Made by a program: the position numbers and the translations under genes. Of a DNA stretch of 28,488 nt, positions 9,311 to 18,939 are shown in pieces (positions within the stretch are counted from its first letter, which is position 1; the number at the start of each line of letters is the position of its first letter). The stretch is from a virus (Duplodnaviria; Caudoviricetes), in IMG/VR virus record IMGVR_UViG_3300025839_000044, positions 1 through 28,488 of that record; one strand, written 5' to 3'. The notes under the pieces were generated by a model. It was not told the origin of the DNA. It searched no databases and saw nothing but the letters and a program-made list of their open reading frames with translations.

Positions 9311-11097
9311 GCTTCGTGCTCCAATGTCGTGACGGAGATCGTGATCTGGGCCACACCGTCTGTCAGCCAGTCCACCGTCAGGCGGTCACTGGCGAATCGG
9401 ACAGGCATGATCCAGTTCATGCTTGTGATCTCCTGCGGGATGATGTCGTCGGGTGCCGGGTCGGCAAGGTTTATGGCCGAGTTCCCCGCCCCGTCCAGAG
9501 TGACCGATTCCACGGTAAGGTAGAGGTCGGCCAAGACCCCTCGGCGGCGCACGAGGATGCGCTTGTAGGCGAGGTCCGCCCCATAGGCCGAGGCGAAGTC
9601 AGAGCCGGGCACGGTGACGACGCTCTGGCCGGAGAGGGTCAAGCCGAGGGGCCTGATCTCGTCAGTCCAGAGCGGCATGAAGAACCGCTTCCTGCGGCCG
9701 CTGGATCGGTAGAACAGACCGAGGATGCGGTCGAGTTCCGTCATGTTGCGAGCGGCAAAGTTGAGCTTCAGCGTGCGCGGTGAGAAGGTGATCGGGAACA
9801 GCGCGTCAATGGCCCCCCGGTTGAGGTCCAGAAGCTCGATCTGCTGCTCGACCGAAAGCTCCACGCCGCGCCGCCAGTTCGGCCGCATGTCGAAGAACTC
9901 CACGCCGTCCAGCGTTACCGGGGCCGCACCAAAGGTCGGGTGCGGCGTGTCCACCGGGTCTCCCGTGAACTGCGTCTGCACCGTGGCCCGGTCGCTGGTC
10001 AGGACGTTGAACTCGGTCGCCCCGTCGAACCGGCCCTCGAAAGCGAGGCGAGCCTGACTCCCCACGGGGAAGGTCTGGCCGACGGCCGCCGCGAGGTTCA
10101 CCTGCGAGCCGGAGATGCCGATCACCACGCCGAGCGCGGTCTTGCCGTCTCGGCCTTGCAGGATGATGTAGACGCCGGGCACGAGCCAGTCGGGCGTCGC
10201 CCCCTGCATGGTGAACGAGAGCCCGACGCTGGACAGGATAGAGGCCAGCACGACCGGCTCCCGGGGGTGCGGGATGAAGAACTTCCCGCCTTGGTTCTTG
10301 CTGATCCGGGTCAAGGCCGAGCGGAAGTTCTCGCCGCGCAGGACGGAGGAAAAATCGTAGTTCGTTCGCGGGTTGATTCGCTGCCCGATCCGTTGTTCGT
10401 GGCCGTCCCGGCTGACAATGATCTCGGTGCGGAACGCCAGCTCTTCCTCGTAGCCGTTCGACCATTGGATCGGCCAGCCCCAAAGCCGGTGGGAGGGCGT
10501 CGGCAGCGTCACGGCCTTCAGGTAGGCAGTCAGGGCGCGTGTGCTCCCAGAGATCACCGGAACCCCGTCTGCGCCCGTGTTGTCGAGCTTGGCCGTGTGC
10601 GTGGTCGTGCCGACTTCGATGTTCGCCGCGTAGCAGTTGACCGCCGTGCCGTTGAGCGTCGTGAAGGGGGCCGTGGACGTGTCCAGCACGTCCGCCAGCG
10701 TGGCCGCTGCCGTGTCGGCCGTAGACAGGGGGGTGGGCTCCCCGTCGGTCAAGAAGATCATCGAGCGGTCAGCGTAGGTCGTGCCCAGCGTTTCCTCGAA
10801 GAAGGTCAAGGCCGAAGGCGCGAAGGCCGCGAAGTTCGTGCCGCCGCCGTCGCCGGTCAACCTGTCCAGCCACGAGACCGCACCGCCAAGACCTGCCCGG
10901 GAGATCGACCGCCACACGCGAGTCTCGGCCGTGTCAGACCAGACGCAGAGGCCGAGATCGAGCGTGTTGCCGGGCGTGTCGATGAAGTCCGAGAACCCGT
11001 CAAGGAGCTGGATCATGGACATGCGCAGGGCGGCAGCTTTCGCACCGGCCATAGAGCCCGAGTTGTCGAGCGAGATGAAGATCGCCTTCTTCGCCAT
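9307..11097 (-). CDS. Distal tail (Dit-position) protein with an N-terminal vWA domain (596 aa)
   Basis: Directly after the tape measure. Residues 1-197 carry ISLDNSGS, GGGTNF and FLTDG. The remainder has W..GYEEELAFRTEIIVSRDGHEQR and GRRKRFFMPLW. Confidence 0.8.
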   Translation of the reverse strand: MAKKAIFISLDNSGSMAGAKAAALRMSMIQLLDGFSDFIDTPGNTLDLGLCVWSDTAETRVWRSISRAGLGGAVSWLDRLTGDGGGTNFAAFAPSALTFFEETLGTTYADRSMIFLTDGEPTPLSTADTAAATLADVLDTSTAPFTTLNGTAVNCYAANIEVGTTTHTAKLDNTGADGVPVISGSTRALTAYLKAVTLPTPSHRLWGWPIQWSNGYEEELAFRTEIIVSRDGHEQRIGQRINPRTNYDFSSVLRGENFRSALTRISKNQGGKFFIPHPREPVVLASILSSVGLSFTMQGATPDWLVPGVYIILQGRDGKTALGVVIGISGSQVNLAAAVGQTFPVGSQARLAFEGRFDGATEFNVLTSDRATVQTQFTGDPVDTPHPTFGAAPVTLDGVEFFDMRPNWRRGVELSVEQQIELLDLNRGAIDALFPITFSPRTLKLNFAARNMTELDRILGLFYRSSGRRKRFFMPLWTDEIRPLGLTLSGQSVVTVPGSDFASAYGADLAYKRILVRRRGVLADLYLTVESVTLDGAGNSAINLADPAPDDIIPQEITSMNWIMPVRFASDRLTVDWLTDGVAQITISVTTLEHEA

Positions 11098-11098
11098 G

Positions 11099-14000
11099 TC
11101 AGACCCCCAGCGCGGAACGGACGGACGAGCGGTTGGCCGACACGTAGTTGAGAAGGACTTCCTCTCCGGCCCGGGTCTTCAGGGCTTCTTCGAGGAAGGA
11201 CGTGCCGTCGAAAGCGTTGACGACGCGCGTGTTGCCGCCACGAGCCGGAGCCGACGGGGTTGCCCCACCGTTGAGCGCGTGGCGCGGGTCGTCCCGGGTC
11301 AGCATCTCTTCGCCTTGCTTCGCAATGATGGGAACCTCGCCCGGCCGCAGACCGATCATGCCGCCCGTGTGGTAGCGCATGGCCCCTGCGAAGACGGCCG
11401 GGTTCACCGAGCGGGTCTGGTTGCCAGAGCCCACCCGAGAGCTGCCCACGACGCCGCCCGTGTGGCCCGCGCCGATGCCGATCAGCGCGCCGAAGCCGGT
11501 GCCCCCAAAGGCGGCCTTCAGGGCGTTGAGGATCGCCTGCTGGACGATCATCTTGGCGATCTGAAGCAGGAAGTCCGAGGCGAACTGAAGGAACGCTTCA
11601 CGGGCAGCCTGCCCGGCGTCCTCGCCGTTTGCCACGGCCTGCGCGAACTTGTCGAAGGCTCCGGTCAGACCGTTGATGAAGAGGTCTCCGACGCGCGACC
11701 AGTCGAGGTAGTTCTTCGTGGCTTCCTGACCGAACCGACGGGCGCTGGCCGTGGCCGCGTCGAGCTGCGCAATGGCGGTCTCGGCGTCAGCCCCACCGAC
11801 GGCTTCCCAGAGCTGCCGGGCCGTGTCGATGGCGGCCATCATCTCCGCGTTGACCTCGGACATGCGGACGCGCAGCTCTTCGGCCAGCTCCGTGTCGCCG
11901 GACTCTTGGGCGATGCGGAACTGCTCTTCCAGAGCGTTGCGCTGGGTCAGCAGTTGGTTGACCCGCTCTTCGGCTTCCTGCGCACGCTCCTTGCCCGCGT
12001 TGACGCGATCCTGCGCGGTTTCCAGATCGTAGAGGGCACCAGCTTGTTCCCGGATAGTCGCCAGTTCCGCCTCGGAGATGTCCGGGTCTTCCCGGCGGGC
12101 GTCCCGCACGGCTTCCCGGATCGCGGCTTCACGCCCACGCTCGGCGTTGATAAGGCGCTGCTGTTCAAGCTCGAACTGACCGTCTGCCAGCCGCTCGTCC
12201 GTGGCCTCCTGTGCCCGAGCTGCCCGGCGCTCTTCCTCTTCCGCGAGGCGGCGCTGCTCTTCGGCCCGGCGCTCGTCCGCTTCCATCCCCCGGCGCGCGG
12301 CATCCTCGTAAGGGTCGGTCGCGACAAAGAGCCCAGCTTCCTGATTCCGGCGGCCCCGGTTTACGCCGTCGTTGTCGCCGCCAAGCGAGCGGATGGCTTG
12401 GGCGATCTCTTGGTTCGTGCCGGAGCGAACCGCTTCCGCGATCCGGTCAGGGATTTCCCCGTAGTTGTAGGCGATGGAGATCAACGCCGCTTGTTGCTGC
12501 GGGTTGAACGTGTCGAACCGGCTGCCCCCGGCGGCCTGCCGCGCAATGGGGCCGAACTCGGTTTCGATCCGGCGGATCAGATCGCGGTTGGCATCGGCCA
12601 CCGAGACGCGCATCCCCTGCGTGACGCGCTGGATCGTGCCGTCGGACAGGGTGATAGTATCCGAACCGTAGCCCGTGCGGTAGGCGTTCACGTCCCAATA
12701 CGGGGTCTCGCGGAAGCCCTCGAACTGGCGCAGCAGGGAGGCCGCAGCTTCGGTTCCCGTGTCGCCCCGAGCCATCCCGGCGACGCTGTTGCCATACTCC
12801 ACGTCGAGGGCATCCTGCGCGGCAGCCACGCGGCCCAGAGCCGCCGCCAGCTCGTCCGCGCTCTGGGCGTTTTCGATGGCTTGACGACCCAGCTCTTCGA
12901 GAGCCTGCGAGGCTTCGATGTATTCCAGCTCGCGGTTGACCGACTCGATGCCCTCGGCCATCTCGCGCATCGCAGCGGTGAAGGCAGCAGACTTCTCGGC
13001 CGCGACCTCTTCGATGCTACGGCCCGCCTCTTCCGCAGAGTTCCCGAGGTCGTCAAAAGCGGCCTGCGCGTCTTCGGTATCATCACCCAGAGCGCGCACG
13101 ATATTCCCGGCTTCCTCTGCCGAGTCCCTCGCCTCTTCGAGAGCCCGAGCCGCTTGGATCACCCGCTCTGCGAACTCGGTGGATTCGTCGGAACCTTCGC
13201 CCAGCCGTTCGACCGCCTCGTCCACGGCGTCGTAGAACTCTTCGGCCGACGAGTTGCCGTTCGAGAACTCCTGCGAAAGCCGCTCGATCTCGTCGCGCAG
13301 CTCGCCGGGCACATTGCGAACCGAGGCGCGGAGGTTGTAGCCAAAGAAGTTGGTCCAGAAGTCCTCGGTGCCGCTGGACGTGGAGTCGAGCGTGTCTTCG
13401 AGAGACCGCACCGCTTCTTCGATCCGGTTGAGGTTCGCCTGCGCCTCGGTAGCCGTCAGGTCGTTGAGCTGGTTGCGCCAGTCCTCGACCGAGCCGCCCA
13501 CGGCGTCGTAGGCGTTGCGGACTTCATCGACAATCTTCTGGTGGGTGTTGAGGGCTTCAGTCGCCTCGTCCGCCCGGGTGGCCCAGAGGCCGATACCAAC
13601 GGAGACGGCCGTGACCAGCAGGCCGATCCCGGTGGACGACATGAGCGCCCGGATCGCGAGGGTCAGGCGACCCACGCTTGCCGCAGCAGCACCGGCCGTC
13701 GCAGACGCCGTGGCCGTCCCGGCGGCGAAGGCGCGCATCCCGACTGCCGCGCCAGCCAACATGGCCGGGAGCTTGGCAAACTGCGCGACCATCGCCACGA
13801 GCAGCGGGGTCAGCTTCAGCCCGAGGAAGCCGGTGATCGCAGCGACCACCAGATCGAAGTTGTCCGCCAGCACGCCGAGCGTGTCGATCAGGACGGCAAA
13901 GGCCGCAGACGCCCGACCAAGGAACGCCTCGAAGTCCGCGTCCTGAAGCAGCGTCGTCAGCTTGTTCGCCAGATCGGTGAAGGCCGCGATGAAGCCCCCT

Positions 14001-16162
14001 TCCCCGAACTGGACAAGAGCTTGGAAGGCGGCGTTCTTCAGGCGGCCGAGAGCAACCGACGTTCCGGCCAGCGCGTCAGCGAGGCCGGGGCCGAACCGGC
14101 GGGACAGTTCCTCGGAGAAGGGCACGAGGGCGTCGGCCGTGACCTCCCCGGCCTCCATCATCTTGATAAGCTCGGCCGTCGTGACGCCGAGGCCGTCGGC
14201 CATGATCTGAATCGCACCCGGCAGACGGTCCCCGAGCTGTTGCCGCAGCTCTTCCATCTGGACCGCGCCCTTCGACACGATCTGGGTCAGGGCCGTGAAG
14301 ACCCCGGACATCTCTTCAGTCGTCGAGCGGTTGACCCGGGCGGCCTCGGCTACCGAGATGAAGATTCGGCGGGTGTTCTGCCCCGCGAGGTTCGTGCCCT
14401 GCGTGGCAATGGCGAACTTGGAATACTCGGTCGCGAGCGTTCCAAGGTCCACGCCGAGCCGGTTGGCTGTCCGCCGCAGGAAGTCCATCTCCTGCGCCGC
14501 CTGCCCCACGTCCCCTTCGAGGGCGACGTTGAGGCGGGCCTGCGCCGCTTCGAGGGTCTGGTATGCGCCAACAACGCCCCGGAGGACTTCGATCACCCCG
14601 TAGAAGCCGCCGTAGGCCGCGATCAGCGAGAGGACTTCACCCCGGAGCCGCTGGGTGTAGGAGAGCGACTGGCGGGTGTCCCCATAGAGGCGACGGTAAG
14701 CGTCGGCCAGACGGCCCGTCTCCGTGGCTCCACGGCGCGCTGCGTCCGCTTGGGACCGGGAGGCCCCCGCCAGCTTCGCAACGGAGCCTGCGGCCCTGTC
14801 TGCGGCTTGGTGGACGCCCCGGATCGCCTGACGCTGGCGGAACCCGTCGTTCGCTACCTCCGTCATGGACGCTGCGAGCTTTTCCTGCGCCGCGATGAAG
14901 CGGGCTTGCCCGTTGGTGACGGAGAGCATGTCCTGCGAGACTTCGCGGTAGGCGTTGCCCATCCGCTGAAGAGTCTCTTCCTGAAGCATGAAGGACATCT
15001 GGGCTTCGTCGGCCCGCTGGGCGAGGAACTGGATTCGCTGCGAGACCTCCCGGGTGGGCGGCCCTGCCTTCAACATCGTGGCAGAATACGCGGAAGCCAC
15101 CTTGTCGAGTCTCTCGAACTCTTCCCGTGCCTTGCGTGCCGCAATACCCTGCTCGACGAGCTGCTGTTCGAGATTGCCCCGCGACACGTTGGCCGAAGCG
15201 GCGACGGCCGAATCGAACCGACCCGCAGCTTCCGCCAGTTCGACATAGGCCCCCTCGGCGCGGCCGAGCTGTTCGACCTGCCGGGCCAGCGCCCCGCTCG
15301 TCTTTTCCAGATTGCCTTCGAGGCGGGACTGGTCGGCCGAGGCCGCCTTGGCCCGCGTGCCGAGCCCGGTCAGGTTGCCGCTGATCTTCCCGAGGATCGT
15401 TTCTTGCCGGGCGAGGTTCCGGGCCGCAGCTTCAGACTGACCCGCAAACAGGGTCACGGCCGAACCGGCCGAACGCAGCTCGCTTTCGACCGCGTTGTAT
15501 TCGGCCCGGAGCTTGGTCAGCTTCTCGGTCTGCGAGATCAGGTTCCGCTCGGCCGCCGCGAGCTGGTTGGTCAGGGTGCGCGTGGGGTTGGTCGTCGCGG
15601 CCATCTGCTCGCGCAGCTCGCCAACACGGGCGGCCGTCTTCTCGAACGCCGTCTGCGACTTGATGATCTTGGGGGGCAGCCGGTCGAACCGGGCCGAGAG
15701 CTTTTCAACGGCCGCGACCGACTGGTCATAGGCCCCTGCCAGCTCCTTGCTTTCCTTCTTCGCCCGGGCAACCGCCTGCGACTGGCGGTTCTGCGCAGCG
15801 GCCGCACCGTCGAGCTTCTGCTGGTATCGGGTGGTCGCCGTCTCGGCATTGCGCACGCGGCGTTCGAGCTGGGCAAACTCGCCTTGCGACGAGGCGACCT
15901 CTTTCTCCAACCGGGCGACCGCACCGGCCGCCTTGTCCATGTCCTGCGTGAACGTGGCCCCGATGTCGAGGCTCTTCAGGCTCTTGTCGAGCTGGCCGAT
16001 GGCAGCGCCGAGACCTTGCAAGGCCCCTTCAGTGCCATCGGCCTTTTCCTGAAGGCCGGTCTGCGCGTCGATGAAACCGTTGAGCGCCTTCGTGATACTC
16101 TTGACGACGTTCTCGGCTTCGTCCTTGGCACGGATTACGAGGTCTACATCTTTCCGTGCCAT
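11099..16162 (-). CDS. Tape measure protein with an embedded GH24 lysozyme-like domain (1687 aa)
   Basis: Long Ala/Glu/Arg-rich helical protein with the tape-measure motif QIVSKGAVQMEELRQQLGDRLPGA and a C-terminal HTGG...RYHTGG...EVPII. Lysozyme motifs FEGFRETPYWD...GYG, QAALISIAYNYG and RRNQEAGLF. Confidence 0.93.
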   Translation of the reverse strand: MARKDVDLVIRAKDEAENVVKSITKALNGFIDAQTGLQEKADGTEGALQGLGAAIGQLDKSLKSLDIGATFTQDMDKAAGAVARLEKEVASSQGEFAQLERRVRNAETATTRYQQKLDGAAAAQNRQSQAVARAKKESKELAGAYDQSVAAVEKLSARFDRLPPKIIKSQTAFEKTAARVGELREQMAATTNPTRTLTNQLAAAERNLISQTEKLTKLRAEYNAVESELRSAGSAVTLFAGQSEAAARNLARQETILGKISGNLTGLGTRAKAASADQSRLEGNLEKTSGALARQVEQLGRAEGAYVELAEAAGRFDSAVAASANVSRGNLEQQLVEQGIAARKAREEFERLDKVASAYSATMLKAGPPTREVSQRIQFLAQRADEAQMSFMLQEETLQRMGNAYREVSQDMLSVTNGQARFIAAQEKLAASMTEVANDGFRQRQAIRGVHQAADRAAGSVAKLAGASRSQADAARRGATETGRLADAYRRLYGDTRQSLSYTQRLRGEVLSLIAAYGGFYGVIEVLRGVVGAYQTLEAAQARLNVALEGDVGQAAQEMDFLRRTANRLGVDLGTLATEYSKFAIATQGTNLAGQNTRRIFISVAEAARVNRSTTEEMSGVFTALTQIVSKGAVQMEELRQQLGDRLPGAIQIMADGLGVTTAELIKMMEAGEVTADALVPFSEELSRRFGPGLADALAGTSVALGRLKNAAFQALVQFGEGGFIAAFTDLANKLTTLLQDADFEAFLGRASAAFAVLIDTLGVLADNFDLVVAAITGFLGLKLTPLLVAMVAQFAKLPAMLAGAAVGMRAFAAGTATASATAGAAAASVGRLTLAIRALMSSTGIGLLVTAVSVGIGLWATRADEATEALNTHQKIVDEVRNAYDAVGGSVEDWRNQLNDLTATEAQANLNRIEEAVRSLEDTLDSTSSGTEDFWTNFFGYNLRASVRNVPGELRDEIERLSQEFSNGNSSAEEFYDAVDEAVERLGEGSDESTEFAERVIQAARALEEARDSAEEAGNIVRALGDDTEDAQAAFDDLGNSAEEAGRSIEEVAAEKSAAFTAAMREMAEGIESVNRELEYIEASQALEELGRQAIENAQSADELAAALGRVAAAQDALDVEYGNSVAGMARGDTGTEAAASLLRQFEGFRETPYWDVNAYRTGYGSDTITLSDGTIQRVTQGMRVSVADANRDLIRRIETEFGPIARQAAGGSRFDTFNPQQQAALISIAYNYGEIPDRIAEAVRSGTNQEIAQAIRSLGGDNDGVNRGRRNQEAGLFVATDPYEDAARRGMEADERRAEEQRRLAEEEERRAARAQEATDERLADGQFELEQQRLINAERGREAAIREAVRDARREDPDISEAELATIREQAGALYDLETAQDRVNAGKERAQEAEERVNQLLTQRNALEEQFRIAQESGDTELAEELRVRMSEVNAEMMAAIDTARQLWEAVGGADAETAIAQLDAATASARRFGQEATKNYLDWSRVGDLFINGLTGAFDKFAQAVANGEDAGQAAREAFLQFASDFLLQIAKMIVQQAILNALKAAFGGTGFGALIGIGAGHTGGVVGSSRVGSGNQTRSVNPAVFAGAMRYHTGGMIGLRPGEVPIIAKQGEEMLTRDDPRHALNGGATPSAPARGGNTRVVNAFDGTSFLEEALKTRAGEEVLLNYVSANRSSVRSALGV

Positions 16163-16172
16163 CGGCAGCTCC

Positions 16173-16550
16173 CTATTCTTCGTCGAAGAGCCCCGTGTTT
16201 TCCGCGCTCTCTCCCAACAGTCCGTTGATCGGCTTGGTCTCGATTGCGAGGGCTTCTATCTGCTTTGTAAACGCAGTGCGCGCTTTTGGCGATAGGATTC
16301 CCGCCACGCAGAGCTGAAGCAGGTTTGCCTCGGTCGTGATCCGGCCATTCTCCCGAGACACAATGAACGCCGCCTCGTCGGCCAACCGGCCAAGGGGGTA
16401 GTCGAAGGCGTGCAGGTGGTTGTGGCTCAAACAGAGATTCGCCTGCCTTCTTAGTCCCCAATACCATTCTGCGAAGGTAGGCCCGCTTTGTTCGTCAGAG
16501 CCCCAGAGACCCCCACCAGCATCCGGGTCAGGGACTCGACGAACTTTTTT
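16173..16550 (-). CDS. gpT-like -1 frame extension of the tail assembly chaperone (GT fusion about 250 aa)
   Basis: The -1 frame is open from the slippery site to TAG at 16173: KKVRRVPDPD...FAEWYWGLRRQANLCLSHNHLHAFDYPLGRL... Confidence 0.8.
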   Translation of the reverse strand, partial: KKVRRVPDPDAGGGLWGSDEQSGPTFAEWYWGLRRQANLCLSHNHLHAFDYPLGRLADEAAFIVSRENGRITTEANLLQLCVAGILSPKARTAFTKQIEALAIETKPINGLLGESAENTGLFDEE

Positions 16551-16924
16551 ACCTCGCCCTCCGAGGCGAAGGTGAGTCGGAAGACCTTCTCGATGGCATC
16601 GACCTGCACCGTGATCGGCAGATCGCGGGCCATAGCGATGCCCTCTGCGTCATAAGAATCAGACGCCAGTGCGATGACCTCGGCCGCGATGGAGGGGAAC
16701 TCCCGGGCAAGGTCGAATATGAGTTGCCGCACCATGTCGGTCGAGAGCGACCCGGGCTCGCTGCGGCCGCTTTGCAGCCTGGCGAACAGGATGCCGAGGG
16801 TCGAGCCGTGCTCGGCCACAAGCATCATGAGGTCGTTCGTGGACGCGGCCCGGACATCGAAGCTCTGGCCGTCGGAGAGTTCGACTGGCTCGCGCCGGAT
16901 GCGGATGGATTTCAGTTTTCCCAT
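16451..16924 (-). CDS. Tail assembly chaperone (gpG-like, 157 aa)
   Basis: Lies between the major tail and tape measure genes. AAGGA RBS; contains the slippery heptamer. Confidence 0.85.
   Translation of the reverse strand: MGKLKSIRIRREPVELSDGQSFDVRAASTNDLMMLVAEHGSTLGILFARLQSGRSEPGSLSTDMVRQLIFDLAREFPSIAAEVIALASDSYDAEGIAMARDLPITVQVDAIEKVFRLTFASEGEVKKFVESLTRMLVGVSGALTNKAGLPSQNGIGD
16498..16550 (-). promoter_or_regulatory. Programmed -1 ribosomal frameshift signal (A AAA AAG plus 3' stem-loop)
   Basis: In-frame GTA AAA AAG (heptamer 16550-16544), a 6-nt spacer, then nested stems GAGTCCC/GGGGCTC and GACCC/GGGTC. Confidence 0.82.
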
Positions 16925-16961
16925 AGTGGTTTCCTTTGGTCAGCGGGGGAGGGGGAGAGGT

Positions 16962-16988
16962 CGGTGTGGGGGCCGAAGCCCCCACCCG
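16962..16988 (-). other. Stable cUUCGg hairpin after the major tail gene, without a U-tract
   Basis: GTGGGGGC-TTCG-GCCCCCAC on the minus strand, followed by a C-rich tract. Confidence 0.7.
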
Positions 16989-16992
16989 GTTA

Positions 16993-17778
16993 TCAGACCA
17001 CGAGGGCGGGCTTGCCGTCCCGGTAGATCGCCTCTGCGCCCGTGGGCTTGAGGATTTCCATCGAGAGCGGAATCTGCTGCCACTCGTCGCCCTTCAGGGC
17101 GTAGTCGCCGTTCGGCGTCAGCTTCACGTAGGGGAAGAAGAACTGGCAGTTGTCCCCCTTCGGGTTCTTCGTGACGTAGCGGATCGCGCACTCGACCGGC
17201 TCGGAGCCGGAGATGACGCGGGACCGCGAGCTGGCCGCGACGGCATAGGTCACTTCGATGTTTTCGCCGTCAACCGCGATGGTGGACGTGTCGATGAAGT
17301 GGATCATGCCGTTGTCGTAGTCGATGGTGTAGTCTTCGTCCACGACCAGCGGCGTGCCGCCGGGGGCGACGGCAACCGCGAAGCCCGTCTCGTCGATGCC
17401 GAAGTAGCCCGCCGGGTTGGATGCGGTGACGCCCAGCTTGTAGGAGTGGCCCGCCTCGATCCCGGTCAGGGTCTCGGTGGACGATACGACCGAAGCCTGC
17501 GCAACGGTGCTCTCCGAACCGAAGAAGAACAGCGCCACGTTGCCGGGGTCGATGTTGTCCGTGGTCATCGAGCCGGTGCGGTTGACTTCCAGCAGCACCG
17601 AATCATCCTTCTCGCGGATGCCCTCGTCCGAGCTGTAGTGGTCCAGCGTCTGGGATTCGATGTTCAGCGAGAACTCGGGCGTGTTGCCGATATAGCGGTA
17701 GGCCCCATCTGCGACGCCGTTCACGTAGCGCGAGATGTAGACCTTGCCTCGGCCGAGGGTATAGTTTTGCTTTGCCAT
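16993..17778 (-). CDS. Major tail tube protein (261 aa)
   Basis: YTLGRGKVY, YIGNTPEFSL and KLTPNGDYALKGDEWQQI. Strong GAAAGGAA RBS; expected position. Confidence 0.88.
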   Translation of the reverse strand: MAKQNYTLGRGKVYISRYVNGVADGAYRYIGNTPEFSLNIESQTLDHYSSDEGIREKDDSVLLEVNRTGSMTTDNIDPGNVALFFFGSESTVAQASVVSSTETLTGIEAGHSYKLGVTASNPAGYFGIDETGFAVAVAPGGTPLVVDEDYTIDYDNGMIHFIDTSTIAVDGENIEVTYAVAASSRSRVISGSEPVECAIRYVTKNPKGDNCQFFFPYVKLTPNGDYALKGDEWQQIPLSMEILKPTGAEAIYRDGKPALVV

Positions 17779-17806
17779 GTCGTGTTCCTTTCAGTGGCTC
17801 CTGCGT

Positions 17807-18319
17807 TCACTCTTCGTAAGGGTCTTCCAAGTTTTCCACCAAGTCCAGCGTGACAGTCAGCCAAAAATAGGCTTTCGCAGAAACCTCTTCAGGCGGTCGG
17901 ACAACCCCAGCTCCGATATACATCTCCGTGACATTCCGGCCAAGGCCGAAGATTCCATCCTCGGGCTTGTCCCAGTCCATGCGCTTGCGCTCTTTTGCAA
18001 GGCACCGCTTCACGTCCGCCATAAGCAGGTGCGCCGGGTCCGTCGGGTTCTCCCGATCATCGTTGACCCAGCCTTGGATCATAAGCTCCCACGGCCCGGA
18101 GACGGTGGGCGACGCGGAAGGTGGCGGAAGCTGGTCGAGGGGGATGGGGACTTCGAGGATCGCCAGCGACGGGATCGGCGTCTCCGACCCGAAGACGATC
18201 CGGCCCCGGAACACGTTGCCGTTGAGGTCCGTCGCATACCCGTTCGCAATGCTGATCGTCTTCAGCACGTTGGTCATTCGCTTGTGGACTTCGAGGCGGA
18301 TGGGGTTTGCAAGGGGCAT
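17807..18319 (-). CDS. Tail terminator (gpU-position) protein (170 aa)
   Basis: ISIANGYATDL and VFRGR motifs; immediately upstream of the major tail gene. Confidence 0.7.
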   Translation of the reverse strand: MPLANPIRLEVHKRMTNVLKTISIANGYATDLNGNVFRGRIVFGSETPIPSLAILEVPIPLDQLPPPSASPTVSGPWELMIQGWVNDDRENPTDPAHLLMADVKRCLAKERKRMDWDKPEDGIFGLGRNVTEMYIGAGVVRPPEEVSAKAYFWLTVTLDLVENLEDPYEE

Positions 18320-18320
18320 A

Positions 18321-18938
18321 TCAGATGTCCAACAGTCTAAGGAACTCGGCGGTCAAGTCATTGGCTACCTCGGGTGCCATATCGGAGGCAACCCCAGAAC
18401 CGTCATTGGCCCGGAAAATCTGGGACACGGACGGGCCGTAGAGAAGGTATAGCCCATTCTCGACACGTTTGGCGAACGTCTTGTTCTGAAGGCTCTCCCC
18501 GGGGCGCAGGCGGATCGCGAGGCCGAGGTTGTATTTCGTGTCGGTGAACGAGTTCCCGCGCTTCAGGGGGATGACGAACGCCTTCTTCATGAGGCGTGCT
18601 TTGCCCGGGGAGACCTCGACGTAGACGCCCCGCTGGCCCTTCCTCGCGCCGCCGGGGATGAACTGTGCGAGAGACGTAGCGCGGCCCTGCGCGGTGATCC
18701 GAGCTTCGAGGCTGCGGCCCTGCGCCTGCTTGGAGACATAGAACCGCTTCTGCGAGGGGGAGACATACCGGGCCGGGAGATTGACCTGATCCCTGATCTT
18801 CCGGGCTGCCTCGGCGCGTGCATCCCGGGCGACCTTGTTGATCGCGCGGACGGCGGCCGTGTGGCGGCTCTTCGAGTCCAGACCTTCCAGCAGATCGACT
18901 TCCAGCCCGTCCAAGAAGACTGCGAACTGGCCTGCCAT
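18321..18938 (-). CDS. Tail completion / minor tail protein (gpZ-like, 205 aa)
   Basis: Basic protein with RAINKVAR and LYGPSVSQIF; synteny. Confidence 0.75.
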   Translation of the reverse strand: MAGQFAVFLDGLEVDLLEGLDSKSRHTAAVRAINKVARDARAEAARKIRDQVNLPARYVSPSQKRFYVSKQAQGRSLEARITAQGRATSLAQFIPGGARKGQRGVYVEVSPGKARLMKKAFVIPLKRGNSFTDTKYNLGLAIRLRPGESLQNKTFAKRVENGLYLLYGPSVSQIFRANDGSGVASDMAPEVANDLTAEFLRLLDI

Positions 18939-18939
18939 T

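Noticed and set aside
10781-16228. 1815-aa plus-strand ORF
   Set aside because: Antisense shadow of the tape measure; no recognisable domain.
16144-16467. 107-aa ORF as the gpT candidate
   Set aside because: Wrong frame for the slippery site; the -1 frame ending at 16173 fits.
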